From Octopus sinensis (lineage: Eukaryota): DNA of 64,000 nt. Positions 38,561 to 51,470 of this stretch are shown here, piece by piece. How positions within the stretch are numbered: position 1 is the stretch's first letter; each line of letters opens with the position of its first letter. A program made the position numbers and the translations under genes. The notes beneath the pieces were generated by a model. It had not been told where the DNA came from. It worked only from the letters and a program-made list of their open reading frames with translations, and did not search any database. The stretch spans positions 54,250,001-54,314,000 of the forward strand of contig NC_042999.1 in assembly GCF_006345805.1 (NCBI RefSeq), in the 5' to 3' direction.

Positions 38561-40139
38561 GCCGTCCACCAGATAGAGCTGTAGTCTTGGGTTAAGCACA
38601 AACTAGAGAGAGCGAGTACTTGGCAAGTGAAATGACTTCAAGTTCTCACAGCCCTCATTCAGCCGAGCAGAGACAGCGAAAGACACACCACATGGGACCA
38701 AATCTCTCTCAAGTTTTAAATCATTTTTAATAAAACAATAAACCAGATTTGTCATGACTGGAATGTTCCGGCTCAGAGATCTTCTCAGAGTTGATCATTG
38801 TGAGACATGAATAACAAACAAATACATAAATATACATAAATATGCTGGTACCCTGGAAAAAATATAATCACATCTTTTAGTGAAATATTGGTCATGCAAT
38901 TCAGGTCTTCAACCGATGTAATTGGCGAGAGAAATTATGACAGACCATTGTTAATGACAAACGTACTACATCAACCTAGAATATCTCCCCATACACGCAA
39001 GAAAAAAAAAAACTAATGATAAAATAACCCGAATGCCTTTTGGCGTAAATATCCTTAAATACTATGACCCGAGGGGACAATTCTGGTTAACAGTGTTCCC
39101 TAATAAATCATTAAAAGTGTGACCTTTAAGAGAAAGGTCGATCTATATTTCTATATATTTGCTCCGGTAAGCAGGTCATACGAGGTTATAGACAGCTAAG
39201 TGTTAAGATTACACATGTGTAAGTATATGATACAAAAAACATTTGGATAATAGACAGGATGGTCATAGCTGGAACACCTTTGATCCTATGATCTGCTAGA
39301 TCAGGGTTGGACTAGGGACAACCTATAAGAATATCACGCTGTATTGACAGATTGTGTTGTTACACTAAAAAGCTTTCTTCATTCTTTTTACAAGATCTTG
39401 AGTTTTCCTCTGATGTACGCTTGAATGTTATTATGGGCCTCGTAATAGGAGAACATCAGTGGCTGATTTTTATAGTAGGTCAGTTGAAGATCTTACTGCA
39501 TTGGTGACACCCCAGGAAATGCTTATCTGAAAGTGCCAAGAATTTCTCACCTACAATAGTAGCATATTCATAGAGAAAGCCGTTTCTAGCCAGATAATTT
39601 TCCTGGTACTATTCCAGTTTCTCCTCGACTACGAGAAGAGGTAAAAAAAAAAAACAGTGAGCGGTTCTTTGTGGTCGTTGTTTCGTATAACCCTGTAGAA
39701 TAAAGGACTGCATTATTTATATGAATTGAGACGAAGACTGATTAATGTGTGGGATAGTTTTTAGAAACCTTTTACCCAATGGTTACCGTTTTATAAAGGC
39801 TCGTTAAGAAATAGTGATATCTTATCTTTCTAAGATTAAAGAGGATTACATGAGATAATGTATGCGACGCTACGTGAGTATTCCAGATGCTGAGTATTTA
39901 GCATGCATGAGCACCAATGTGTGTTCAGTGTGTGCGCTTGTGTTGGTACTTTAGTATGTCTCTACGAGTGTATGTGTGTGTGTGAGTCAGTGTGTTTCAT
40001 TTGATAAATACATGTACGTGTGTGTGTGTGTGTGTGTGTGTATGTGAGAGTGGCTTCACTCCATAGCAGAGAATTTAGAGTGTCCTTTAAGGTAGAAATG
40101 AAGGAAATATTGATGCAGCAAATTTTACAAAATATTGTC

Positions 40140-40560
40140 GTTTCTGTTATTTTGCTATTACTGCTGCTGCTTGTTTGTTTGTTGAGCGAAGCGGTCTTCG
40201 TCCCAGAGCTCGCAAGTAGTGGAGGAAGTCCGAAACGTGGTCCTTTGCTATTCGTAAGACCCGCAGAAAGCAGGTCAACCCCCGACACCGAGAGCATCGA
40301 CGGATGGATGAATGCGCATCCAGGCTCAGCGGTTGTGTAGGAAGTCGGGGACAAGAAACAGCAAGAGTGAGAGAAAGTTGGAGCGAAAGAGTACAACAGG
40401 GGTTGCCATCACTCCCTGACCTTGGAAAAAAAAACTTTGATCGTCTTGTTGTAGTCGAGTGCTCTTCGTTGACGTCCGACACCACTGGGAGGTGGTCCTC
40501 GAAGTCGCTGGAAATGGAGATCTCCAGGTCCAAATTCTTGAACGGCTGCTGCTGCTGTTG
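40140..40560 (-). other. Coding-like segment interrupted by an S4 SINE fragment (~40330-40425)
   Basis: GC3-rich codons for QQQQPFKNLDLEISISSDFEDHLPVVSDVNEEHS and, beyond the SINE, SMLSVSGVDLLSAGLTNSKGPRFGLPPLLASSG. In-frame stops immediately upstream. Confidence 0.25.
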
Positions 40561-41427
40561 TTGTAGCTGCTATTACTAGCACTACTACTACTACTGTTGT
40601 TGTTGAACTTCCAATTAACTCTGAACATGTAAACCTAAGAGGACATCTTTCGGACCAACATTTCAGTAGAGAACCGAAAAAAGGTGTTTAACTCTACGCA
40701 AGAGCGCCTCTTTGCTACAAAGACATATACATCGCCGTGATTTCTTAACAGTAGAGAAGTGCTACATCTCCAAAACTTGGGGGGTGGGGAAACAAATGTC
40801 TGTTCCAACAATAAGGATATAGCATTCCTATCCAATACTGTGTATTGGAAGCAAGGTGAACTTCAAAGATTGTTACATGTCCAGTTTTTGTTCGAGTTTA
40901 TTGAAGTCTCACCACAAAGTAGTTATTAATGCAGAGCCGTAATCATGGGGCGCGGCTGATCCTCTGAAAACTCGCTTCACTGCATAACCAAGCTCCCATG
41001 TCACACTCTGATGCACATCATCATGCGTCGTTCAGTTTGATCCACAGAACTGAGGCAGGAGATTAGCTTACCACCTTACAACAAAATGAATGTCAGAAAT
41101 GATTTAGACATTATAAAAAAGAAAAAAAACATGAGAGCAGATACAGATGGTGACACATGCAGGGAATGAAGCATAATTGACAGGCACTTCATTACAAGGG
41201 AGCCCCAGGGTGGAGCAATATAAGAAATTGTTATATACCTTTGAAGATTAGTGAAAGACTTTTGACTTTGAGATGTCATCAAAGGTGTTTGGCTTCCCAC
41301 CAAAACCCGCGAATGTCCTTCCTCGTCTCCATCCAATGAAGTCGGCATTGTTTTACAAAGCAGAAAGGTGAACTCACCAGTGTCGACTCTTACTGTTTTG
41401 TATCCGGTTTATCTGTATTGTCTGCAT

Positions 41428-41754
41428 GTGAGGGCGCGTGGCTTAGTGGTTAGGGCATTCGGCTCATGATCGTAAGGTTGTGAGTTCGATTCCCGGCGAC
41501 GCGTTGTGTCCTTGAGCAAGACACTTTATTTCACGTTGCTCCAGTCCACTCAGCTGGCAAAAATGAGTTGTACTTGTATTTCAAAGGGTCAGCCTTGTCA
41601 CTCTCTGTGTCACGCTGATTATCCCCGAGAACTACGTTAAGGGTACACGTGTCTGTGGAATGCTCAGCCATTTGCACGTTAATTTCACGAGCAAGCTGTT
41701 CCGTTGATCGTATCAGCTGGGACCCTCGTCGTCGTAACCGGCGGAGTCTTTAAA
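41428..41754 (+). mobile_element. SINE S1, full length, with 11-bp target-site duplication
   Basis: gcgtggcttagtggttagg A box, gagttcgattcc B box, gtgtccttgagcaagacact core; TSD attgtctgcat at 41417-41427 and 41755-41765. Confidence 0.92.
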
Positions 41755-42087
41755 ATTGTCTGCATTGTTATCATGGAGAGATGGCGAGAAAAACGAAAGT
41801 CACTCTTTTCTTCTGACTCGATTCAAACATTTTCAACGTAACAACACGGCACGACTCGCCCAAGTTCGAATCTAAATAGTTACTGAATTACAATATTGTT
41901 AAAACTGTTGTATTGCAGCTCACATTCTGGAAGCCATTTGTGCATCAACTCTACAGTCGATGCAGTTCAGGAATGAATGGAAAGATAGTTAAGGCAGAGA
42001 AAACTGGAATCTGTCTTTCATTTATATACGTATTAAGGCCGAAATCTCGTACTATTGATTTTTTTAGTATTCCACAATTTCACCATG

Positions 42088-42171
<84 letters not shown>

Positions 42172-42199
42172 TCATACACATACACACACACACACACGC

Positions 42200-42423
42200 A
42201 CAAGTATGTATGCATATTCTTTTACTTTCACTGTTTCAGTCATTTGACTTCGACTATGCTGGAGGACTGCCTTTAGTTGTACAAATCGACCCCAGGACTT
42301 ATTCTATCGGTCTTTTTTGCCGAACAGTTGAGTTCGGCAAAAAAGACCGATAGAATTAAGGGGACGTAAACACACCAACATCGGTTGTGAGGCGAGGGTG
42401 GGGGGACAAACACATACATATAT

Positions 42424-42463
<40 letters not shown>

Positions 42464-42625
42464 ATATATATATATATACAATATGTTTCTTTCAGTTTCC
42501 GACTACTCAATCCACTCACAAGGCTTTGGTCGGCCTGAGGCAATAGTACAAGACACTTGCCCATGGTGCCATGCAGTGGGACTGAACATTTGGTTGGGAA
42601 GCAAGCTTCTTACCACACAATCAAG
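42200..42625 (-). mobile_element. SINE S2
   Basis: Reverse complement of the S2 head, core and tail with an internal microsatellite. Confidence 0.8.
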
Positions 42626-42644
42626 CCTACGCCTATTATATATA

Positions 42645-42686
<42 letters not shown>

Positions 42687-43053
42687 TGAGATAGGGGTTG
42701 TAGATGCAACCCTCCATGGCATAACATATATCCAATATACTGCTAGTGAAGTACCCAACAAAGTTAATACATAAATGTTAATGATTGCGATGCAATCAAT
42801 TCATTTACTGTATTATATGGGCAATATATATATAATATGTGACAATTAGTTGGTTGTCATTATAAAACTCAGAGTTTCGGATGCTGGGCTGAAGTCTGCT
42901 CCGGCACCCCATTAGTTGTAAAGACAAACGCTATATGACAAACACATACATACGTACATACAAACATACATACATACATACATATATACATACGTACATA
43001 TATACATATATACATACATACATATATACATACATGAGTGTGTATATATATAT

Positions 43054-43084
<31 letters not shown>

Positions 43085-43095
<11 letters not shown>

Positions 43096-43300
43096 TGTGT
43101 GTCTGTGTTTGTCCCCCTAACATCACTTGACAACCGATGCTGGTGTGTTTACGTCCCCGTCACCTAGCGGTTCGGCAAAAGAGACCGATAGAATAAATAC
43201 TAGGCTTACAAAGAATAAGTCCCGGGGTCGATTTGCTCGACTAAAGGCGGTGCTCCAGCATGGCCGCAGTCAAATGACGGAAACAAGTAAAAGAAAAGAC
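43085..43300 (+). mobile_element. SINE S2 3' half
   Basis: Matches the S2 tail. Confidence 0.85.
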
Positions 43301-44039
43301 AAGAAATATATATATATATATACACACTGGATTACAGTGATTTTACATAAGTGATATTTACTTAGCCTTCTGGTCTCATTTTCCTATCCTTGAACATGAT
43401 TTACTTACATCTACACATTCATCAAAGTACCTGAAGCTGTTCATACATTCGCCCCCCCCCCTCCGCTTCTCACGTCTTCTCCGTTTCCTCTTTATTTCTA
43501 TTAGTGTCATATCTCCTAACCCCACGTCCTTTCAGACATCTGTTCTATATTATCCACCACCTACCAAATACGCTATTTCGCTGCTTCCCTAGATGTTCCT
43601 GACAACTAATAACACTCCAGTCCCCCATTTTTCGATGTTTGTAATTTCTATTAATTGGTGTAAGGGAAGTGAAACTCCTTATATGGTCATATCTTTCTAC
43701 TGCTTCGGTCCAAACTAATTTTCATTTGTTTATTTCAATTTAGACCGCCGTCTTGTTCACATAGTCTTTGTGTTAATAACTGGTACCTTACTTTTATCAT
43801 TTTGTTTATATTTAACGACTAATTTTAACTTTCGTTTCTAAGCTATCTTCGTTTCTAAGCTATCTTTTTTTCCCCACCAGTCAATGTCCGTTACCTCAGT
43901 TAATCTTTGACAAATTTATTATCCGTTAATTGTGTCGCGTTTTTTACAATTATGTTTTTCCCGTTACATTTTCAAAACTGAGCAATCTTTAATCGCCAAT
44001 TCTCTTCGTAGACATTCGCCTATATCCGTGCAGTATTTA

Positions 44040-44270
44040 TATCACGTGATCAACCAGACTATCGGATGTTGTTATACAACACCGGTCACAATGCGCCTCG
44101 CATCGTTTTAGGTTTCGAATGGTGCCCCACCCCAACTTCGCTGGCGAAGTAGGCAGACAGACCAACATTTCGAAAGCCGGTCCGTCACAGGGTGATCCGT
44201 TTACAGCTGGTTGAACTGGAGCAACGTGAAATTAAGTGTTTTGCTCAAGAACACAACCCGCTGCTCGGTC
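44040..44270 (-). mobile_element. SINE with S1 core and the tail type seen at ~56945-57050
   Basis: ctggagcaacgtgaaattaagtgttttgctcaag (core) plus ccggtcacaatgcgcctcgcatcgttttagg (tail). Confidence 0.65.
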
Positions 44271-44642
44271 CGACGGGTGAAGAGCCATCGTCGGTGGGAA
44301 TTTGTGCTACCGACGGTGGAAATGACTACCTCGCCCCTTAAAGAAGAATTATTTGTCTTCTTCTACAGGGGCGGGGTGGTGGATAAGGTGGTGGAGAAGC
44401 ACCAAGAGGGAGTAGTTATGGCCTGCACACGGGATCCCGAATGGCCTCCGCAGATAGCTGTGGAGATCATAAAAGTGCCCGTGGTAGAAAGGCTGAAGGA
44501 ACTTAGAGAGGAGTATCGCTTATGGCCGGGTGGCTCCGACATGACACACGCTTTATGCTTGAGTGAGGCGTGGGAAATGGCGGGTTACGGGGTCAGAAGC
44601 GATACTGAATTTGAAGATGTTGAAGAAGAGGACTACAGGTAA
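44270..44642 (+). other. ~120-codon open, purine-rich coding-like fragment (possible retrotransposon ORF1 C-terminus, or an exon)
   Basis: ELFVFFYRGGVVDKVVEK...EWPPQIAVEIIKVPVVERLKELREEYRLWPGG...AWEMAGYG; also bounded by ttcttctacag| and |gtaaga. Confidence 0.3.
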
Positions 44643-45082
44643 GAGATAGGAAACCATCGTCATTGTAATATGGTAAGAGGTTTGAAACCTCATTCTGTTC
44701 ATTCTAAAAAGAACATTGAGTTCGGGAGACAGGCGTTCGGCGGACGCCGCTCGTTTCCCTCATTCATATTTTTATATTCATTTCATCCCATTAATGTAAT
44801 TTTCCAGTCCGCAGTTACTCTATTTCATGCCCCTGTGGCAAATGGAAAAAAATAAAGTAGCTTGCTTACCAACCACATGGTTCTGGGTTCAGTCCCACTG
44901 CGTGGGACCTTGGACAAGTCCTTTCTTTTGTTAGAATCAAAATGAAAGCGAGGATGGCAAGAAAAGGGAATTAATTTCTTATTGATCCTAAAATATCCCA
45001 GTTCGGTTTTATTTTATTGTATATTACTGTGTCGTTTAAAGCTGTCATTCATATTTGCAATATTTTTGCTTCGATGAAAGCA

Positions 45083-45480
45083 GCAAGCTAGCAGAAACGT
45101 TAGCACGCCGGGCGAAATGCGTAGCCGTATTTCGTCTGCCGTTACGTTCTGAGTTCAAACTCCGCCGAGGTCGACTTTGCCTTTCATCCTTTCGGAGTCG
45201 ATTAATAAAATACCAGTTACGCACTGGGGTCGATGTAATCGACTTAATTCGTTTGTCTGTCCTTGTTTGTCCCCTCTGTGTTTAGCCCCTTGTGGGTAGT
45301 AAAGAAATATGCATTTTATCTATCGCTACGTTCTGAGTTCAAATTCCGCCGAAGTCGACTTTGCCTTTCAGCTTTTCGGCGTCGATAAATTAAGTACCAG
45401 TTGCCTACTGGAGTCAATCAAATCGACTGGCCCCTCCCCCAAATTTCGGGCATTGTGCCAATAGTAGAAAAGAATATTTT
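45083..45480 (+). mobile_element. Tandem S3 SINEs with two alternative tails
   Basis: Full copy ending gccccttgtgggtagtaaagaaata, then a partial copy ending aatcgactggcccctcccccaaatttcggg...agaaaagaat. Confidence 0.85.
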
Positions 45481-46822
45481 TGCTTTGTTTTCTGCAATTA
45501 AGGAATATCACTGTAGCAACTACTAACTGGACTTTAGTACCGCAACAGTTCCTTCAAGAATTTTCTACTCTGGTGGGAATATATTTTGTCTGTCTGCACG
45601 TTTAAATTTTCCATGTTCGGTAACGATCTCAAACCGTTAACCGTTTTGGTTCTCTTTGGGTCTCTGGCTTTCTGAATCATAGAATACCATTTCATTGATT
45701 AGTCATTCCATTATCTCAAGAAGTCCCTTTTTTCTAAACCAACACCCTCGAAATTTATCAACGCCGGTAGCTTACCCCAATGATTATTTCGACTGATTTA
45801 TCTTCTCTCTTCTAACAAAACAAAATCTGATTGGTTGTTATTTACAAGTTGTAATTTATTCAGCAACCATTTACATTTTTGTGGTTTCTTCTATCCCTCA
45901 TTATTTTGTCCTCATATTTCCTTGCAATAATGGTTACATTCTTCACATCTGACATTTATATTCTTGTTCTTCCTGTTTATCTCTTAATAAAACCGATCAC
46001 GGATGACCTGAAATTCAACAACAGCCACAACCACAGCAACAAAACGCATTTTTTTCTTTCGTTTTGTTTGCCGTGTCTCTATCATTGTACCATTTGTTGA
46101 AATCTAAATTTTGTTGTTTGTGCCATAAACTTGTTTAAAGTTCTTATGTATCGAGGGTCCGTGCTTTTTCAAAACATTTTCTTTCCCTCTGATATAGACC
46201 CACTCATCCTTCAGGTTATTTATTTACGATAAACTCTTTACAAATTCCCATCTCCCTCCGCCCTCCTCTATCTCTTTCTCTTTTCGTTTGGTTGTTATTC
46301 TGTTTAAATCCTCAATTCCGCATTTATATTCATTCGAAGTATTTCTCTTCATCTGTTTTGCTTTATTATTTCATTTAATACTTATTCTTTGCAATGGGAG
46401 GAATCGTGAGAGCAGCCACTCGGTATCGATACAATAACCTACCAGTCAAGTACTACGGTCGATGCACTGCGCTAATCCCCCACCCAAAACTGCTGGCCTT
46501 GTGCCTAAATTAGAAACCCTTAAGATGGCGGGATGGCAGAATCGTTAGCGCATCGAACAAAATACTCAGCGACATTTCTTCCGGCTCTATACGTTCTGAT
46601 TTCCAATACCGCCGAATTTTACTTCATCACTCCTCATACCAACCTCGGTATTATCGACTGATCCCATTTCCCTCAAAGTTGATGGCCAAGCGCCAAAGCT
46701 TAAAACCATTATTTCCAAGACGTCATTTCTCTAAACACTGCATGTGTAACAATACAATATTCCTGGCATTCAAAGGCGGCGAGCTGGCAGAAACGTTAGC
46801 ACGCCGGGCGAAATGCTTAGCG

Positions 46823-46897
46823 GGCATACGGCGTAATCGTTAAGAGCGTGGGCTACTAACCCCAAGATTCCGAGTTCGATTCCAAGCAGTGACCTGA
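46823..46897 (+). mobile_element. tRNA-like mini-SINE (~75 nt)
   Basis: gggcatacggcgtaatcgttaagagcgtgggctactaaccccaagattccgagttcgattccaagcagtgacctg followed by aataataat. Confidence 0.75.
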
Positions 46898-46903
46898 ATA
46901 ATA

Positions 46904-46946
<43 letters not shown>

Positions 46947-47179
46947 CTTATTCAGGGACCTTTGATGGGTTACTCGACCAGAAGAAAATTCTAACTGGGC
47001 CTCACCTGCAACGTCATGCGCTATTTATCTTGATATGAGATCACCATGTCGCGCACATATGGTTGTGATGCATGTGCCTGGTGTACTCTTATCAGACGGA
47101 TAGTCATGATGGGTATACTGGGCTTCGTATATTTTACTCCAGTGTCACTTTGATGGCATGCACTGCTCTCTCAATGATA

Positions 47180-47370
47180 ATAACAACAATAACAACATTG
47201 AAAAATACCTTAAGAATGAGAACCCAGGTTCGAAATTTCCCCAAGACACCTGATGAAGGCTGGAGGGTATATCAGCCGAAACGTTGTGTTAACAACAAAC
47301 AAGATGAGGACAAACACCTGTCAATTGTAAATAATGTACATAATACCTCATCTCTTAAATATAGAACTGT
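47180..47370 (+). mobile_element. Penelope-like terminal repeat H1
   Basis: Contains an intact minimal hammerhead; paralogues at 26880-27055 and 27903-27995. Confidence 0.7.
47245..47290 (+). ncRNA. Minimal type I hammerhead ribozyme motif (best copy)
   Basis: Stem I gacac/gtgtt, core ctgatga (47250-47256), extra A, stem II ggctg/cagcc, gaaac (47278-47282), loopless palindromic helix III aac-gtt, cleavage triplet GUU. Confidence 0.75.
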
Positions 47371-47374
47371 GGTA

Positions 47375-47537
47375 TTTCATCTGTCTTTATGTTCTGAGTT
47401 CAAATTCCGCCGAAGTCGACTTTGCCTTTCATCCTTTCGGGGTCGATAAATAAATTACCAGTTGTGTACTGGGGTCGATCTAATCGACTGCCCCCCCCCT
47501 CAACATTTCGAGCCTTATGCCTTGGGTAGAAAAGAAT
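47375..47537 (+). mobile_element. SINE S3, 5'-truncated, second tail type
   Basis: Matches 63290-63450. Confidence 0.8.
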
Positions 47538-50149
47538 ATTTGTCAATGTATTTTCTTTCATTAATTGCAAATAAATGTTCTGAGTTCCACGTTTTTACAA
47601 TTTATGACTTTATGACTGTAATTCTCTGTTAGTACAATGTTTGGAGTTTCCTAGTTTTCCGAATGTTTTTATATATTCACTGAACACCCGGTTTATTATG
47701 TTAACACTATATTTTATAATTAGTTTCATGTCTAGCTCGTGCATTAATACGTTCGGTTGTTTATTATTTCTGCTTTTTAGCGTTGAGGTCAGTTTGTAAT
47801 TCCAACAACCTAACACTTTTTCAGTTCTCTTTAATAAGTTTCTCCTCCAGTCCTGTGTCACTTCTAATCAGTTCCATTTAATGGAAATTATTTAAAAATA
47901 TATTTTGCAATGGTGACTGTGATGAAATGATTGCAAACACCAACCATTTCACAACAATTCATTTGTTAATTTTGACCACCAACAGAACCAATACAAATCT
48001 GTAGCTTTGGATGGCGTCAACAGCCTTCGACAATACTCCAAACCGGATGCGCAGTCACTTGGTTGGAAGCTTTCATACATTCTATGGCGTTCGCCACAGT
48101 GATTTCATGTTGATTTCGTGTCTCGAACTTTGCCTCTAAAACTTAATCTGCAGAGGGAAATGAGACAGACAGCGAAACTAAAGAAGTAGACATCTTGTCA
48201 GACAAACTCCATGTAACATAAAGCTATAAAAATATTCACTTCCATCTCTTATGTCTGACAACATTTGCCACACGAGTTCACTCCTTTTGTTTTCAGGTTT
48301 TACCGGTCACCATAGCCATTCGCTAATCAACCGGCGCCTCTAGCTGACTGTTAAATAACCGGTAACAGTGGGGATTTCCGTAAATAGCCACATTAATTAC
48401 CAGTTCTAATATCTTTACTACTGCTGCTGCTAGTACGACTAATACTAATACTACTGCTAATAATAATCCTTTCTACCAAAGATACAAGGTCTGAAATTTG
48501 AGGGAAGGGTTTTATTCGATTACATCAAGAGCACTGAGGTCAATGGAATCAGCTTACCCACTTCCCAAAATTGCTGGCCTTGTTTCAAAATTTGAAACCA
48601 GTATATATATTGTTTTCATTCGTTTAGCATTGACTGAAGACAATTTCACACATGTTTCAGTCTTTTTAGCCCTCATTAGCGAAGTTTATCCTTTACTGCA
48701 ATTATCGAAGAAATGTTTCGTTATGTCTTCATTATTACTTATTCAACTCATAATTGCTTGAGTCTCGACAACTTTTTCCCAATCTCTTCGATTCTGAAAT
48801 GTCTTTTCTGCTTCTCTCTGCCTTTTCAGTTCTGGTTCAGTATTCCGCATCGATTTATTTCCTTGAGGGACGGCCTGCCTCTCTGTTAAGGTTTTTTGCT
48901 TTCGAATTACCATCGATGATTCTATAATTTGCTGTTTTTTCGAAGTAGCGATTTTGGCCCTACAGAGAGGCATTTTTTGCCTCTGGGAAGAAGTGGTCCA
49001 CATTAGTCTCACCTCTATCCTTTGACCAGTCCAGAATGGTACACACTACCAAAAGCTTACTCTTTGCTGGCGTAGCTTTCAGGGTCAGAAAGGCATAGAA
49101 GTCACAACATCACAGCAAGGTTTGTACCTTGTAGTAGAGTCTTCATAATTAGAAATATCTAAATAATTTTTATTGTTATCTTTTCATTATAAGACCATTG
49201 CACCCTAATTCTTCCCACTTGAGTCCCCAATGCAACCAGTTTACAAGAGAAAGCAGACAAATCTCCCTAAATTACATCCTTTTATTTTTAAATATTCTAA
49301 GGACACGTAAAATAATACGTTTTTCTTTATCTCTGACAAAAAAAAAAGGCGGAGCGGTCGCGGTTGGAATGACTATCTACCACCATATGCCTGTTTGCTC
49401 GATTAACTTTGGTCTTGAACTAAAATAAACAACAGCAGCGACAACAACAACAACAACAACCAATTCTTCAGATATTTGTTCTGTTTCATGAATTCTTCCT
49501 CCATTTTATTTCACTCCCCCATTTGTTTTTTTTTCTCTTTCTAGAGGCCCTTTCGTGTTACCACACATCCCCTCTTCCCCTTCACCTTTCTCCTCCCCTT
49601 CGCCTCCTCCTCCACTTCGCCTCCTCCTCCCCTTCGCCCACCTCCTCCCCTTCGCCCTCCTCCCCCTTCGCATTCTGTTTCCCCTTCTCGCACTCTACAC
49701 TTTCCCTTCTTCCTCTTCCGCATCATTCACTCTAGTATTTCCCTTTTTACTTTCCTCCTATGTTTACTTCCTCTTCCTTCTACCATAACTCCCCTGACCT
49801 TCTCCTTCTCCCCCTCCTCCTCCTCCTTCTCCTTCAACCTCCCTACAACTCCCCCCCACCAACATCAGCCTATGCTTTCAAAGACACAGCCTCAACGTTT
49901 CCGCTCGAAATAGCAGTCATATCTCTCAGCTCAAAACAGGATTTATTTTATGAACTCTTAAGCAGACCATCTCTAAAAATACAGGATGGCCATGGTTAGA
50001 GTGTTTTTGATCATGCGTCTGTTCGATCAGACGGGGCTGCTTGGGAGTTAAACAAGAAAAGTGACAACATCGACAGCAACACCAACAACAACACTAATAC
50101 CAACAGCATGACAAGCAACAACATCTCCAATAACCACGTCAACTGGTTC

Positions 50150-50465
50150 TCCGTCAGTTACGACGACGAGTGTTGTTCCAGTTGATCCGATCAACGGAAC
50201 AGCCAGCACGTGAAATTAACGTGCAGGTGTCTGAGTACTCCACAGACACGTGTACCCTTAACGTAGTTCTCAGGGAAATTCAGCGTGACACAGAATGTGA
50301 CAAAGCCAGCGCTTAGAATTACGGCTATCACTCATTTTTGCTAGCTGAGTGGACTGGAGTAACATGAAATAAAGTGTCTTGCTCAAGGACACAACGCGCC
50401 GTCGGGAATCGAACTCACAACCATACGATTGTGAGCCGAATAACTTAACGACTAAGCCATGCACA
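50150..50465 (-). mobile_element. SINE S1
   Basis: Reverse complement of 41428-41754. Confidence 0.88.
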
Positions 50466-50644
50466 TTCACACAACCACACCACAACAACAACAAAAAAAA
50501 AAAGAAATATCTCCGTGTTCTTCTGCCCCCTTTTCACATTGTAATTGTTGACATATACAATTCCCCTTCCTAAAACTCTTCTTCAAGAATATTGAATATT
50601 TTAAAAACCCGAAAATATGAAATGCCGTCATTATGACTGTGGAC

Positions 50645-51135
50645 GGGAAAGCGGTGAGCTAGCAGAGTCGTTAGCACGCCGGGCGAAATGCTTACCGGTA
50701 TTTCGCCAGCCGTTACGTTCTGAGTTCAAATTCTGCCGGGGTCGACTTTACCTTTCATCCTTTCGAGGTCGATTAAATAAGTACCAGTTATGCACTGGAG
50801 TCGATGTAATCGACTTAATACCTATGTCTGTCCTTGTTTGTCCCCTCTATATTTAGCCCCTTGTGGGTAATAAAGAAATAGAAATAGGTATTTCGCCAGC
50901 CGTTACGTTCTGAGTTCAAATTCCGCCGGGGTCGACTTTGCCTTTCATCCTTTCGGGGTCGATTAAATAAGTACAAGTTACGCACTGGGGTCGATATAAT
51001 CAACTTAATACGTTTGTCTGTCCATGTTTGTCCTCTCTGTGTTTAGCTCCTTGTGGGTAGTAAAGAAATAGGTATTTCGCCAGCCGCTACCTTCTGAGTT
51101 CAAATTTTTTCCGAGGTCAGCTTTACCTTTCATCC
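50645..51135 (+). mobile_element. Three head-to-tail S3 SINE units
   Basis: Units restart at ggtatttcgccagccg (~50697, ~50887, ~51071); an inverted head fragment follows at ~51135-51168. Confidence 0.85.
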
Positions 51136-51194
51136 AGCATGCTAATGATTCTGCCAGCTCGCCACCTTAATAATAATAATAGTAATAATAATTA

Positions 51195-51470
51195 ATTCTT
51201 TTTATTGGCCACAAGGGCTGACAAACATGATTGGAAAACATAAAGGGACAAAACAGGACGAAAGGTTACAAAAGGTTTTGTCCGCTTTTTCGAAAGAAAA
51301 AAGTCCGTGTAAACAAGCTTTACAACAACGAAAAAATTCAACAATTTACAATACTCCCAATAGAGGTCCGCTTCGAAAAAAAGAAAAGGTCTCACGTGGA
51401 AAACCCATAAAAGCCACGGGAGCCTGGTCAAAAGGGGGGTAGAGAGCCCCTTTCTCCTTTTATAATACCT
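51195..51470 (-). mobile_element. 3' UTR of a second Tx1-type subfamily (B) with (ATT)n tail
   Basis: Sense tgaccaggctcccgtggctttt...ttttccacgtgagacc resembles the copy A UTR; ends cagcccttgtggccaataaaaagaa followed by (att)n. Confidence 0.6.

Noticed and set aside
41428-41500. Possible functional tRNA genes at SINE heads
   Set aside because: No complete cloverleaf with a paired acceptor stem; each continues into a SINE body.
41913-41990. Plus-strand exon candidate (HILEAICASTLQSMQFRNEWKD)
   Set aside because: Acceptor plausible but donor weak, no partner exons, no homology recognised.
49520-49860. Pyrimidine-rich (CCT/CTT) tract with ORFs on both strands
   Set aside because: Low-complexity sequence.
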